Assembly (NCBI GenBank): GCA_002269645.1 | Contig: NIVC01001575.1 | Coordinates: 224,691-288,690, forward strand | Reading direction: 5' to 3' | Source of the DNA: Macrostomum lignano | Lineage: Eukaryota | DNA length: 64,000 nt | The notes under the pieces: generated by a model | Seen by the model: only the letters and a program-made list of their open reading frames with translations | Database searches by the model: none | What the model was told of the DNA's origin: nothing | Translations under genes and position numbers: made by a program | Part shown: positions 47,885-62,000 of the stretch, piece by piece | How the letters are laid out: every line of letters starts with the position of its first letter | Numbering within the stretch: position 1 is the stretch's first letter

Positions 47885-49776
47885 ATGGCATCAACGTCGA
47901 ACGTTGGTAAACCGACCATGCTGTGGGCGGTGCCGCGCAGCATCAGCACCGCGTTCTTTCGCGCGATGGAGAACCACCCGAACACTAGGGTGTACCTGGA
48001 GCCCTACTCCAAGGCCTACTACTTTGGACCGGAGCGGGTCAGCTCCCGCTACGCCGATCAGCCGGTGCAGGAAGAGTGCACCTTTCTCAGCGTGAAGAAC
48101 ACGCTGGAATCTGCCGGGTCGGCCAGCCCCGACAAGCAGGTGTTCGTCAAGGACATGGCCTACTACCTGTACGGGAACAAGTACGAGCCGAAGGAGCTCC
48201 TGCCTAGCGGTTATCGGCACACCTTCCTGGTGCGAGACCCGCATAAGACTGTGAAATCTCTGTACAAGATGTCAATCAATACGCAGCTCACAGGTTGGCA
48301 GTTTTTGCTGGACTAATTTTTTAACAACTCAGACCATAATATCAGCCACTATGATATGCTTTATCTATATAAAAAAACAAAAATTTACAGGCTGGGACAG
48401 CTTTGACGAGCATGAAATCGGCTTCAAGGAGCTCTGGTCTCTCTACGAACTCATTCAGACTATTGAGGATGAGCCGCCAATAGTGATCGACGCTGATGAT
48501 CTGCTTCAGCAGCCGGGTCTGTCTATGATATGCTTTCTTTGCATGCTACTTACCTATGATAAATTCAGTAGAAAGTTGTGCGCATACAACGATACTTTTT
48601 TAGATCCAAATCCCTCTGGTGTTTTTAGTTTTTTTTTCAAAGCTGCTTACGGCTGTTCAGACCAAGGACTGGGGTCGCCACACACACCCTCAATCACCCC
48701 AGCTAATGCTGGCACACATTTTACAGCTAGGTGAACACTGAAGCAATGCAGAGTTAAGTGTCTTGCTCAAGTGGGATCGGGAATCGAACCCTCGACCTTC
48801 AAGTCGTGAGTCGGCCGACGCTCTAACCACTAGGCTGCAACCCTATCTATGCTTCTATGTTCTGCAGGATTCTATAATGTGGAAGCTTCTGTGTAGAATA
48901 TGGAAGCTTCTGTGTAGAATGTGCAAGCTTCTGTGTAGAATGTGGAAGCTTCTGTGTAGAATGTGGAAGCTTCTGTGTAGAATGTGGAGGCTTCTGTGTA
49001 GAATGTGGAGGCTTCTGTGTAGAATGTGGAGGCTTCTGTGTAGAATGTGGAGGCTTCTGTATATAATGTGCAAGCTTCTGTGTAGAATGTGGAAGCTTCT
49101 GTGTAGAATGTGGAAGCTTCTGTGTAGAATGTGGAGGCTTCTGTATATAATGTGCAAGCTTCTGTGTAGAATGTGGAAGCTTCTGTGTAGAATGTGGAAG
49201 CTTCTGTGTAGAATGTAGAGGCTTCTGTATATAATGTGGAGGCTTCTGTGTAAGGTAGAAGCTTCGGTGTAGAAGGTGGAAGCTTCTGTGTAGAATTTAG
49301 AAGGCTTAGCATGTTAACATGCAGTTACAAAAAAACTCAGAATTGTTTCATTCACGTACGAACAGCGACATACCATGACCGAAAACCAATTTCAAATTTT
49401 AAAAGAATCTAACATCCTAACTCTAATCGGTGGTCGCATGACAAAAGTATAGTTACAGTATACAACTAAATGTTGACTTGAATCGCCGCCCGCAGAGGAC
49501 TATTTCAAGGCCTACTGCAGCCGTATCGGCCTGCCCTACGAGCCCAGCATGCTGAAATGGGACGCCGCTCGGGATTCGATCGCTGCAAAGGACGAATGGG
49601 CCGGCTGGTTCGAAGGCGTCCTTGGTACAACGTCGTTTGTTAAGCCTCTGGCTAGGAAACGACAACCGTCTATTGATCTGCCGGACTATGTGATGCTCAG
49701 CATTGAGAGGAACCTGCCCTACTATCACAACTTTCTGGCTGTGAAGACTCGCTTGGAAGACATAGCCGAAGACTGA
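47885..49776 (+). CDS. Stand-alone sulfotransferase-like P-loop protein (family of the N-terminal domain of plant BCAT-like protein 2), about 272 aa
   Basis: Exons 47885-48293, 48391-48516 and 49496-49776 (both introns phase 1). Motifs WAVPRSISTAFFRAM, EPYSKAYYFG, VFVKDMAYYL, HTFLVRDP, EIGFKEL, PIVIDADDLL, MLKW, WAGWFEGVLGTTSF. Confidence 0.88.
48640..48843 (-). mobile_element. tRNA-headed CORE-like SINE, second copy, 3'-truncated
   Basis: Reverse complement reads gggttgcagcctagtggttagagcg...ggttcgattcccgatccc...cttgagcaagacactt...cacctagctgtaaaatg...ccagtccttggtctgaacagccgtaagcagc, colinear with 18585-18800. Confidence 0.88.
48865..49295. repeat. 21-bp minisatellite (ggaagcttctgtgtagaatgt), about 20 copies
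   Basis: In intron 2 of the sulfotransferase-like gene. Confidence 0.95.
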
Positions 49777-51344
49777 TTTGATATATGTATGATGCTTTTC
49801 ATCATAACTTACGCAAACGTACGGATTTCACTGAAGTTGAAGTTTTTTTTTTACCATGGCTTAAAACAAAACGCTCCATTGTCATGCACCATCCGTTTAC
49901 TTGTTGTCTAGGCATACAGCTATCCCACAGTCAGTTTTATTCGATTAACAATCAACATGTTTTGCTTCTAGAAAAATCAGTAGTCAACATTTTGTTTAGA
50001 TTCGAGCTTCATTTTATGGCTAATTATTCGTACATAGCTTGTCAAACTTCTTATTCCCCATCATAGCCTTAGTTTAACTCATATTGACGTAGCTGCTGTT
50101 GGTGTAATTATTATTACGAGAAAGTTTCACTATTTTGTTGTATTATATTGATTCTAGCTCGTTATAAAAAAACGCTTCGATATGTAGGTACACTTCTGCG
50201 TTGTCTCACAAGAAAAAATGTTCATTTCATTTATTTATCAAAACTAACAATGAACAAAAAATATACAGCGAACTATATCGTCAGTATACTTTTATGTAGT
50301 AATCCAAGTCGTAAAAATATACAATTGTTTTCAGGTAAATATTTTAACTGTATTCAAATTAAAGTGAATTTATTAGAAGTTAACACGTACAGAATCCTAA
50401 TTTTCTGAGCGAAAAGCTTTATGAATTATCAATAGAGCTATAGGAAGGCACAGCATATCAAAAGATGAACATTGCGGGTATGAGGAAAAGCAATAACATT
50501 TTTGTGATAAAAATGAAAAACTTCCTATCTCCGTTAGTGTATTTTTGGCGAAAAGTGGCCTCTAGCAAGGCTCGAGCAAGGACGACTTAAGTCGTCCTTG
50601 GGCCCGAGTTGATTGCAAGATTATACGAGCGGACCAAAGCTAAGATTTCAATTTAGCCCTAAATTAATGTGACAATGCTACTGCACTTAGATTCGAGCCT
50701 AGGCCAATGGCGTTAAATCTTTTTGGTAAAAAATGCACAGTTTTCTTTTGCTTTGATTAACTTTTGTTACTCTAGAAATATTAAAATATTTTAAAAAGTC
50801 TTGATTCCAAGACATCAGTTTTCGTTTTCTCCAATTACCACCGTTGTCAATGGTTTAGTTCCTTGTTTAAAATGTTCTAGCAGAAATGTCATTTTCGCGT
50901 TTTGAGTCCTTATTTTGTATTGTATTTCTTCAATTTAATATAGGCCTAACTTTTACATTTTAAATATAAAATATGTTGTTCATTATGACTTGAATTATAT
51001 ATTAAAAGCCAACAATTTGCATGTCAACAGTAAACTTGTAACGAGTAAAATTGTTACTTGATTCTATTGATTTACTAATTTATGTATAGTATTTGTGTCT
51101 GCATTATGTGACAAAATGACTATAAACTATAAATTTAAGTAATAATAAATGATTTTTGTCTTCTTTGTGCAAGGGTAGATCTAGACTTTTTTAGGCCACC
51201 CTAAGGCCTAAGCCTAAACGTATTTCTGTGTCTAGTTTCTGGTTATACTTTTAAACTGAAAATTGATTCCAACTTTTATAAATATATAAAATGCAATATA
51301 CAAATACAAATCCAATATTAGTTGTGTTAGTAGTAGTAGTATAC

Positions 51345-51787
51345 CATAGTCAAGATCATGGCATGCCTGCGCTAGAATAAATTCTATCAAAAAGTTAGAT
51401 TGTGCCATGCGCCAGAACAAATCCTATCAAAGAGGTTTGCTTGCACTGTGCACCAGAACAATTCCTATAAAAAGTTTGATACTAAACCTTTTGAAAAAAA
51501 TTCAAAAATTAATAATTTTCTAATTGAAAAATACTGGTAAAACTTGTATTTGAATCTGTTTCATAGAAAATTCAATGTTAACATAAATAAAAGCTGTCAA
51601 TATAGGCCTACCAGAAAACAAAAAGAAAAGTGCTAATAAAAATAAATAATATTTTTTTGTCTTGCGCTGTACTATGCCAGATTTTTCTTCCTTGCCTACT
51701 GTTATACCAAAATGCATTGGCGTGGCACATGTCTACCCCTTTTTATGCCAGAATTTTCCATAAAAAAGGCCATCTTCCTGACTATGT
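51345..51787. mobile_element. MITE related to the 38157 element
   Basis: ccatagtcaagatcatggc at the left and ggccatcttcctgactatg at the right. Confidence 0.6.
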
Positions 51788-53056
51788 CTATGAGTAGTAT
51801 ATTATATAATAATGAAAAAAATCATTATTAGAAGAATGGCATCATTGGCATAGATTATATGAAATAGCTTAGTTAGTCTTAGAATAATATTATAGATTGA
51901 GTTAAATTTGCAAATTTTGTTTTCAATTTATTTATTATTATAACAATATATTCTTTTTGAAAAACAAATTATTATTGGGAGAATTTAAAAGTATTATAAA
52001 AAAGTTTAATAGTAAACAAAGGAGGCAAAATGCTATATAATGCTTTAAATAGGCTAATTCTAAAAAATAAAAAATGAAAACTTTAAATAAGAGGAGATGT
52101 TATTTTATACCTAATTTATATAATATTAGTTAAAAGATAGTGAAATATAAGTGCATTATATTTTAGTTGTTCTTATTGACAATTAAAAAAATTTAATTTT
52201 ATTAGTATAAATCTTTTTTTAAATAAAATTATTGTCTAATAGAATTTTTACATTATGGTATTATAATGAATCTTATAAAGCTAGATAATCATAGTGAATT
52301 AGTTCTATTAAAAAGGCATAATAGATAAATAATATAATTATATTTACATTTTTATTTTGCTTAATTTATGTTTTTGTCAGATTTTTTAAAGTAATTTATT
52401 TATATTAAAAATATATGAGCCTATAGTATAAGGGATTTTATAAAAGTTTTTAGACTTTTTATTATATATAGTTATTATGTATAGGGTTGCTTAAATGAAT
52501 AGAAATTTTTATCAATATTTTCTTTCAATTTATTTTATTGAAATATAAAGTTTCACAATAATACAATTTGCTTGCAAAAAGTTGTGAGCATTTTAAAGCT
52601 TTTCCTAAGATATTTCTATCATAATTTTGAAGTTTTACATTTTTTATATAGGAAAATAGGATATTGGTGCCAAAAATTGTCATGGGTATGACTTTGCATG
52701 GCATTTAACTTAGCTATTAATTGAATAAATTTTCAAATCAATATTTATTGCTTTTTTACTGCTCCTTAATAAAGTTTTACATCAGATGCATTTGTGTCAT
52801 AGATAAAAATCATAGACAAAAACCATAGACAAAAGCCATGGACCCTTCAGCAAACTATAAAATCCCATTCATTTTTTGTAAGCAATATAAATGTATTTTT
52901 ATGATTATTCATGCTGCTGTTAGTTACATGGTGCTTAATTATTGTTGGTGACTCATTAGATAGACTGGTAATGGAAAACAAAACTGAATAGAAAAATAGA
53001 AACCACCTGTCATTATTCCTGATAACTACTTCAGCATATATAATGTAGTAATTAGC

Positions 53057-56000
53057 ATGTCAAGTTGCAATCATCCACCCAATCAGCTGCACAAGCGATG
53101 CACAGCCTGCAGCATTGTGACATCCAAGCTGCATGGCAAATTCTGCTCAGAGTGCCGAGCTCGCGAGTCATTTGAATATTTCTGCGCCCAGTGCATCATT
53201 GGCACTGTGGTGAACTGCCCACATTCGATTGCCAACTGGCAGAAACGCTGCTCCAAAAAGGATTGCAATGAGGTTGCAGAAAATCTTGGCAGCAAATTCT
53301 GCTCAGAATGCGGCGCTGAAAGTTCTTTTCAGGTCTTCTGCAATTGCTGCAATGGCCAACAAGTTGCCAATGCCAGTCTGCCTTCAAACAGCCAGTCAGC
53401 TTCTTCATTGCCGCTGCCACCAGAGCAAGCCAGTCTTGTCCCTCCATCTTTGCCTGAAAATAGCAGCTGCACATCGCTGACTCAGGTGCAACTTTATCAT
53501 CCAGAGCTGCTCCAACAGGAGACTGGATTCGGTGCTACATCTGATAGGCCAATGACTAGTGGTAGCAGCTCAGAGCATGGGCAATCTCAGCCTGATACTG
53601 CTGGGCATAATCCGGTCGCCTCAACTTCGGAGCAGCCAGCCCAGTCACACACATCTGCCATGTTGTTTGGTCCTTTGTCTGACAGTCCATCGGTATACCA
53701 GCGGCAGCACCAAATGGACGCTGGGATGTCTGCCAGTCTTTTTAGCCAGCAGCTCCAACCAGGCGCTGGGATGTCCGTCAGTCCGTCTGACCAGCAGCTG
53801 CAGCAGCATCAAGACACCCAGGCATCTACCAGTCTGTCTGACCTGAACCAAGTCCAGCAGCAACCAGCTCAGATGTCTGCCACTCCATCTGACCAGAACC
53901 AAGTCCAGCAGCTACCAGCTCAGATGTCTGCCACTCCATCTGACCAGAACCAAGTCCAGCAGCTACTAGCTCAGATGTCTGCCAGTCCATCAAACCAGAA
54001 CCAAGTCCAGCAACTGACTGAGAGTTCATCCAGTCAGCGTCCTCAGGGAGCAGGTGAACTTACACCTGAAGCTGGTAACTCAGTGCCTTCTAGCGTGTCC
54101 GACCAGGGCTCAGAAGTTTTATCACCGCTGATAGATCACCAGAGAAAGCGACTAAGTCCTGCTGTTGAGGCGCAAGTCAAATCTAATGATCCGAGTCTGA
54201 TCGAGTCTGGTTCTTCTACAATGCCTGCTTCGAGCAGCACAAGCGCCGACGACGCAAAACGTCAGAAGCTTGACGACGCTTCCCGCAAGTCTGTTGATTG
54301 CGATCTAGACACAAATAAGCAGACCGAGACGGATAAGGGCAGTGTCTCAGGTGTCAGTGGCAGTCTAGCTGAGTCGGTCAGTGGCGCAGGTGACTGCAGT
54401 CGCCATGGCGAAATTAATGCTCAAACTGATGACGCGAACACGTGCCAATCAGAAAATAGCCAAGCTGTGCAGTCACCGAAGACTGCTGGATCAACTGATC
54501 AACAACAGTCTGAACCAGGTGTAAACTCTAAAATAATCTCTGACTCTGGCAGGAATCAACCTTCAACAGAAAAGAAAAGTGGTTCTGCTAGTACCACAGA
54601 TGACACTTTGACAAGTCAAGCACCAAAAAGTGCTGAACACGGAGAACCAATGGACACAGATGACGATGAAGGCTCTATCAGAGGTCAAAACAATGAGAAT
54701 TATACTGGAAAATTCTCGTCCGAGTCTACGGATCAAGCAGTACAAAACTTAGGCGCGAAGCTAGGTGAGATTCAAATGGCCGATGCTAACGGAAATGATT
54801 CGTTATCCAAGCAACCGGCTTCGCAGCCTACTGAACCTACAGCCAAATCGAAGACAACAGAAAAGCTTTCACAAACTAAAATCCCGAAAAGTGGTGATGA
54901 TTATAATCGAATCGTAATGAACGCGTTTCCAAACGATGATCTCATGAAAGTTAAGCTCCGGTTTTTTTTGGACATTAGGTCGTTAAATTTTAATCCTAAC
55001 AAAGACGAAATCATATTTGTGATTTGCCACGAGTCTCTCGGCGGTGGCCATGCGCACAAGTCTCCTTTTATTATGAGTAGCGATTGCATGAAAGATTTTG
55101 CTCAAGATGATGCCAAACTTAAACTGATTCAAGTCTCTGCATCGTTTATGCTGCCGAAAAGTCTGTTAAACAAAGGATTTGACTACAAGTATGCAGTCAA
55201 AACAGACAACGCCTGGCAAGAGGCTGGTGAAAAGCGCCATATGCGATCTAAAAGCGAGCATCCGCTTTTTCAGTTTGACGGTCTAGTACAAATACCTGAT
55301 AAGCAATTACAAGAGCGTGTAACCCGCTCTTCTGCTAGCGTTAATTATGAAAATTGCTTGCTGCAGTATCGCCTAGTGTCCGAAAGTCTGCTAGCAGAGA
55401 TGGCCGATAGCAAAGGCTCTGGACCAACTGCTGTGCTTAATACTATCGGCTCAATGCTTGACACTGTAAAAATTGATCAGCACGATCACAGGATGAAAGA
55501 TTTGAAACCACGCGTAAGTTTAAAGTTTGTAGATATTGAATTGCGAACTTATAAAGTTTTTCAAAGCTTCTTTAGCAAAAGTCGGTTCTGGCGCTAAAGG
55601 TTCGAAGTTGCGAATAGGAAATTGAAAATAATTTTAAACTATGGAGTTCTGAGTCTTTGACTAATGAACCTAACTTTACGAGTATGGTCTCAGCAGTAGC
55701 TGTATATAGAGTTTTGAAAGTAACATTATATTACTGAAAAATTAAATTCATTAGTAAATGTAGCCCTTGTGTATTCAAGACTTGTGGTGTGTTCTATGCA
55801 AGCATTTTTCGCCTTACCACCATCCTATCTTACTACTTACTTGAGCAGACGCTGAAGAATATGCTGGAGCGAATCGCCGACTCTCCCAGCAGCTTTGGTT
55901 TCTCTGACGACGCAGATAAAACCTGGAATCAGTGGCTCAGTTGTGTCCGGCTATTTCTGTTCGCCTCTTACAACAGAATGCTTCCATTTCAGAGGCATTG

Positions 56001-59000
56001 CTCTTTTCAACTAAAGAAGGATCACGGCATTACAATTTTGAAGCTTATTTTGCCTCCCATCAGATCCTATTCAGAATCATTTCCTTCTATTAGCAAGTGA
56101 GTGGTTTTCACGTTTTTCGTTTATTGTCAAGCTACTGGCCATCAAGGATACTATAATTACGAGTATTCTGCCCGCAGCAATGTGACTAGAAGATTTTCGG
56201 ATGCTATTCAAGCCATATCCGAGTGCAGCGATTTAGATTGTCTCCCCGAGCTGTTGTACCTGGCTCCAGCTTACCATCTTATTGTGCTGGGCTTGCAACC
56301 GTTTGACTCGAGCAGTGTCTATGAAACGTACGGGCTACGGCACAATGCTCCCGATCCTGACTGGTGGGGCCTGCATGGAGTCCCTTTGGTCTTCGTTGAC
56401 AAAATGAAAAGACTAAGAGACGGGTAAGAGTTTCCTTCACAAATATTTTTGCGCTTAAATTGTTTTTCCAAAATATATATTTGTATTATTTTCATATTTG
56501 TCTTTTGTGCATTTTTTGCATAAAATTGTATTTATATGCTTCCCACCTGATTTTTTCAGCTTGAACTATCAATGGCTTGAAGAATTTCTGACTCGGTACG
56601 GCGAATTCGATCCTCTGCTAGACAGATTTTGCTTCGCTGTAGCAAAGGAGAGCGACCTGCCTAATCTGCTGAAGCTAAAATCAGCTAGTCCGGAAGTTAA
56701 ACTCGCAGTTTGCCTTTATTTTATGGTTTGCAGCTCCCACGGGATGGGCAGGTACCATGGCGAAATTCTGGTAATTATATATGCATATAATTACCATTTG
56801 CCATTTGTTAACAATACAATATTTTATATTTATTTTTGCTAATCATTGTTGAAAGCCAAATATAATTCGTGTAAATTGTAGGAACTACTAGACGTGATTC
56901 CGATTCGGCAACTCCAACCTAATTCATTAAGGCTTTGTCTATTTATCGGTGCTGATCTTTGTGAAGTGACACAACGAAAAACTATTTTACACGCGAGATA
57001 CAGCGATATGGCAAATCAGCTGAGGTATGCATTGGTCAACTTTGTTCTTCAATGCCACCTGGAAATTAAGCGGCGTCTTCGCATGGCACCTACCGATGAT
57101 AGTCTTTGCAAAGATGACGAAGTGTCTGGCTTGCGTCTCGTGCAGCTTGAATTTCATAATTTAGTTATTGGTGACAAAACTTTCGTCTCGGGGCTACTTC
57201 AAAACCTCGTTTCGAGTGTTATGGTAATGCTGAAATATGCCCATACGTGCCAATTTTTATTCAACGCATCTAACTTTAATATATCTTATTAAACTTTCAT
57301 TTCCTTTAAAGAGGTATAACTTATTTTACGGAACGCTAAAGGCATACGAAGAAGTGAATGCATCAGAGTTGACTCAACTTTGCTCCGAGTCGTTGAGAGA
57401 ACTCTTGTCTTTGGTATCTAAAGTAAGATTCTGTGCTGTCCTTTTTCCTTTAATTTCATTTGTAGTTTTAATTATTTCAAAAACCTATCTTTATATTTTA
57501 GGACCTCATGATGGATCTTTTTAACACAGAAAATGCTATCTCTCTGCTGGAAGTCACAATGACAGGAATTGTGCTGCAGATTCTCTTGGAAAAGCTTGAA
57601 GGCGGCTCGCATAAAGGAGCTTTTTCAGAAAATTTGGTTTGTTTTTTTTATGTTTCCAAAATATTGATAAGCTTTTAAAAATTTCAGTAGAAACTGTAAG
57701 TCAGGCCACCCCACTTCATCGTCCTGTGAATTCATATATTTTATTGTAGCTACATCGAACAATTTTTAGAAAAAGGCATGGAAGGAAATCAAGAGCTTCT
57801 TTGATAGTAAACACCGCTACTCGACAAAGATCAGCGAAGTTATGTCCAACATGATTGTAACCATGAGTAACAAGTTTAAGCGATCTGAGGCCCAGCACAG
57901 TATCGATCGGTCGCTAGTTTTCGTGCTGGAATGGCCCATTGCAACTCATCTAATCGCTGAGCTCAGTAAGAAATCGATTTTTTATTAGTAATTTTCCATT
58001 TTTACTCACAAAATCCTTTTGTGAAATATCTTTATTTGCCCATAACTTACTATGCAAGACCATTCTAGGACAAAGGCTGCTTCTATTTTCACCAATATTT
58101 TGTTTCAAGTACTCTCTTACAGTCTTACACCTGTCTGTTTTGTTCGTTTCCATCTGACGTCTGCTTTATTTGCTTTCTTTCATTGCAGATCGCGATGGCC
58201 TCTCTGATCGATTCTCAACCGAAGCGTTGAGTATTCTAAAGCATTGTTCCTCTTCTGGCTCAGCATTCCTGAGGCAGCTCTCCGCCGTTGAGTTTGTAAA
58301 CTATGGAGATGTGGAATATCTGTCAAAGCAGCAAGATGCGCTAGAAACTCTTTCGCGGGCTCTCAAAAACAAATCGGACATTAAAAATCTTGTGGAAACT
58401 GCTGTTGAAATGAAGCAACAATTTGATGGTACACTGGAAGTATTAAATAATCTTCTTAATTTTCTACAACAGTTGACCGACTCCCAACTGGGTAAGCGAT
58501 AATTTTTTCTTCTCTGTATTTGTTGACTTATTTCTTTTCAGTATTTTAATATCACTAAAATTATTTTTAGTGGATCTGGAAGGATTTCGGAATTCACTGT
58601 CGTCAAGTAATTTAAAGAGAGTAGGTCTGGGATTTTTGGTAGACCCACAGGCGCCAAAAAATGCTTTGCAGTTAAAGTACTTTGGAACTTTGGAGGAGTT
58701 TGAAAGCATAATTATTCAACTTGTGCCGAGATTTGAGCAGTTATCGCGGAGCAAAACCTTTGAACGGACATTTGCCAAAGCAATGCGTCTGCAATTTAAG
58801 CGAAACAATCAGCAAAGACTGTCAATAGATCTCATTGTAGCGTGCCTCGCTGCCTCAGTTGAAGAGTGGGACGCTCAAGTTAAAAATCTGATGTCTGATG
58901 ATGCCACTGTGCACACGGTTGAAACGTTTTTTGGCAACTTGTCGAAAAGCCCAACAGAATTAGCCGAGGAGTTTCGGTGCTTCCAGTGCGGATGGGACCA

Positions 59001-62000
59001 AGATACTTGGATGGAATACCTGCGCAAGATTTTGTTTGCTCTACGGATGTCCAGCTATTCGAAAACTGCTTCTGCCATTATTAAAGTTTCCGAAAAATTC
59101 GGCATGACAGGTGAACTCCAGATGTTAAAAAGAGTTCTCCAGATGGGTGAGAGAAGCCTGGACACGCCTCTGCGCAGCATCGAGACGGCTCACATCGAGC
59201 AGTTCGACTACCTTGAAGAAGTTTCAAAGGACGAAAACTTTGTCCCATTGATGGATGCAATTAGTAAGAGCTACGACTTCTGCATGTGGGTTCGAACTAA
59301 TGTTCAGAGACAGGATTTAAAAACATTTTTTGACCTAGCAATGATTTATCTAGGTGATTCTGGCGATATGGAACAGAAGAAAATCGAGACATTTAATCAA
59401 GTAGTCAGTGAGTTCGATGGAATCATTTACGATCTAGGTGAAGCGAGAGAGCAGCAATCAGCAACAGTCGTTGGATTGCTGCGGCTGTGCGGTGAAGTTC
59501 TAGCAAAGGTAAAAACCAATCAGACGTTAATTAAAGATCTGACAGACACCAGCGCTCGTTTGGACTGGATTAAAGCCGTAAAGGAGAATCAAGGCTCAGT
59601 GGAAAAGTCCACGATAAAAAAAATTGAGGCGATCGTTGCGACTGGCTTCATTTATTTAGGCTGCCAGGTTGACAGAAAAGAGCCATTTTTAATGAAAGCT
59701 ACTTCTGCTAGTGAAACGGATCCAGATAATCATGAAGTAATGGAGTTTGATCTCGATGATGTGAAGGACCTTCAATCCAAGCTTATGCTCATAGCTGGTC
59801 AGTCATACGAAAACAGAGATCTTTTAGATCGGTTCATTAATTTGACTGCAAGTATTTTCAGATTGATTGAGGTTTACAAAGAGTTCAATTTGCATTGTTG
59901 TGTTTTGTGCGAGAAAGTTTTCATGAAGTTCAACCTTAAAACTGGAAGAAAGAATAACGCTTCTATAGAGCTGCGCTACTGCAATCCACCAAAGAGTATC
60001 AGGTACTCTTACAGCAACATTACCGCGGGTCTAACCGATCTCTCTAATGTTTTTCAAGATTGCCTTAACGAGTGGAAAGAGATCATTCAACGTGTCAGAG
60101 TATCATATCACTCACTAAACTTTTTTAATCTTCGTCAAATTAGAATTCTTCAGACCGACTTAGCCCCACTGTTCTGCACAGCTGATGCGACTGACGAAGT
60201 TGGATCAGTTTTGCTTCATCTGTTGGGCTATTTGAGCCCGAACTGTACGATTGAAGATATTAATAGGAGTGTGGATGAGGTTGTTGTTGAACGAGCTCAA
60301 GGCTCTCGCAAACAGGCGCAAAGTGACGACACTCATTCTATAATAACTGAGCATCTGCGCGACGAAGGATTTAGCGAAGATATCATCAAGCAGACTGCGC
60401 GCATCCTCTTTCGAAACACCGATCTCGATGATCTGCCCACAGTCGAAGAGCTTCAAGCGCAGGCCACAGATTTGGCTTACAAAGTAGAGAGAAACACCGT
60501 CACACAGGCTGACAAGCAGCCCAGAAAAGAATGGAAAACTGCAGATCAAGAGTTGATTGCTGCAGAAGTTGGTAACCTATCGGCGCATGATGCTTTCAGT
60601 CGACTTTGGAAGATTTACATAAAAAATATTGACACATCTCATAAAGACTTCCTTAGCTTCAAAGATGTTGCACTGTTTCTAAATCATATTGGAAGTCAAA
60701 GATCTAGTCATAGATCTCAACGGAAGCTGCGAAAAAGTTTTCGAGATCATTTTCCACCTGGAAAACCGATGTCGCTGACTCTTGAACCGAGCGAACAGTT
60801 GCTAGTAGCATTGCACCTATTTCAGCAGGCATACGATTCTCTTCCTCATTTTGAGGAGGTGCTAATTTGTAGCGAAGAGACTAACGAAGAAGAAATTACG
60901 GTGTTCTTACACCGCGCTATTTTAGACCAGAGCCCAAACTCTCTTTATGTGATCATGAATGCAGATAAATTGACGTATGATCTGTCAGTGGTTGCTGAAG
61001 AAAACTTTAGCGCACTTCTAGACCGCGTCAACAGCCGAACAAACTCCTATCTTTTTGCACTTTCATCATCTGAAAGTCAGAAACAATATCCATTCTGCAA
61101 CGCTCTCAGTCTGTTTCAGAAAGATCTACCTACCAAACCCAACCAGAAGAAAATAACTGATTGGGTTGCACAGTTCATGATAAGGGAAGCAGGTCCAGCT
61201 CACAGCAGCTTTCTTTGGATCACTTCCAATCGTTCAGGAATGGGGAAGTCGCACCAGTGCAATGAGATTGCTAAGGTCCGATCAAGAAAAGTTCCTCACG
61301 TATTCAGCTGCAGTGATTCGCACCTGGATGTCGACAAGCTGTATAATTTCTTTGCCAAAGCAGAAGATGAAGACAGGCGGCCGCAGACATTTCACCTGGA
61401 TATTGCTCGTGAAGTACAGACAGGCTTTGAAAATGTCTTCACTCAGCTTGCAATGTTTGGAGCCATCACAGACTCAAGCGGACGAATTTGGCGCAGAAGA
61501 AGAGAAGACCTGTACTTGCTGGAACATTCGAGAAATTATCTATTCAAAACAGAGTTCTTCGTACTTCGATACCTGCCGTCAATCACTTGTGTTTCGCCAA
61601 GCGACGCTTTGAGGCAGCTCGAAGCAGGTGAAATGGCATCAGACTGGCAACCGCTGATCAGCGATTCGCGTCTGCAAAGCGCCGTGTGCAAGCGACCTGC
61701 AGTGTACCTGGCATCGCTAGGCAATAGAAATGCTGCTCACTGTGACCTAGAAGCGCAAATTCCTTCAATTGAAATCGTGCGTCTGCTTTTAGAAAATTGC
61801 GGCATTGATAATCCATCGTGGCTTGAGCTGAACAACTTCGCCAGATTTTTCAACGGACAGCTTGTTGACTTTGAGCGATCACCTTTCTGTGGGCCACTAG
61901 CCGAGCAAGACCTACCTGGCTTCAGAAGATTTGTGCTTTCCTGTCTTTTGCTCATGTCCAAAGATTTTTCAAGTCGCTCATTGAACATCGCTGATGAGAG

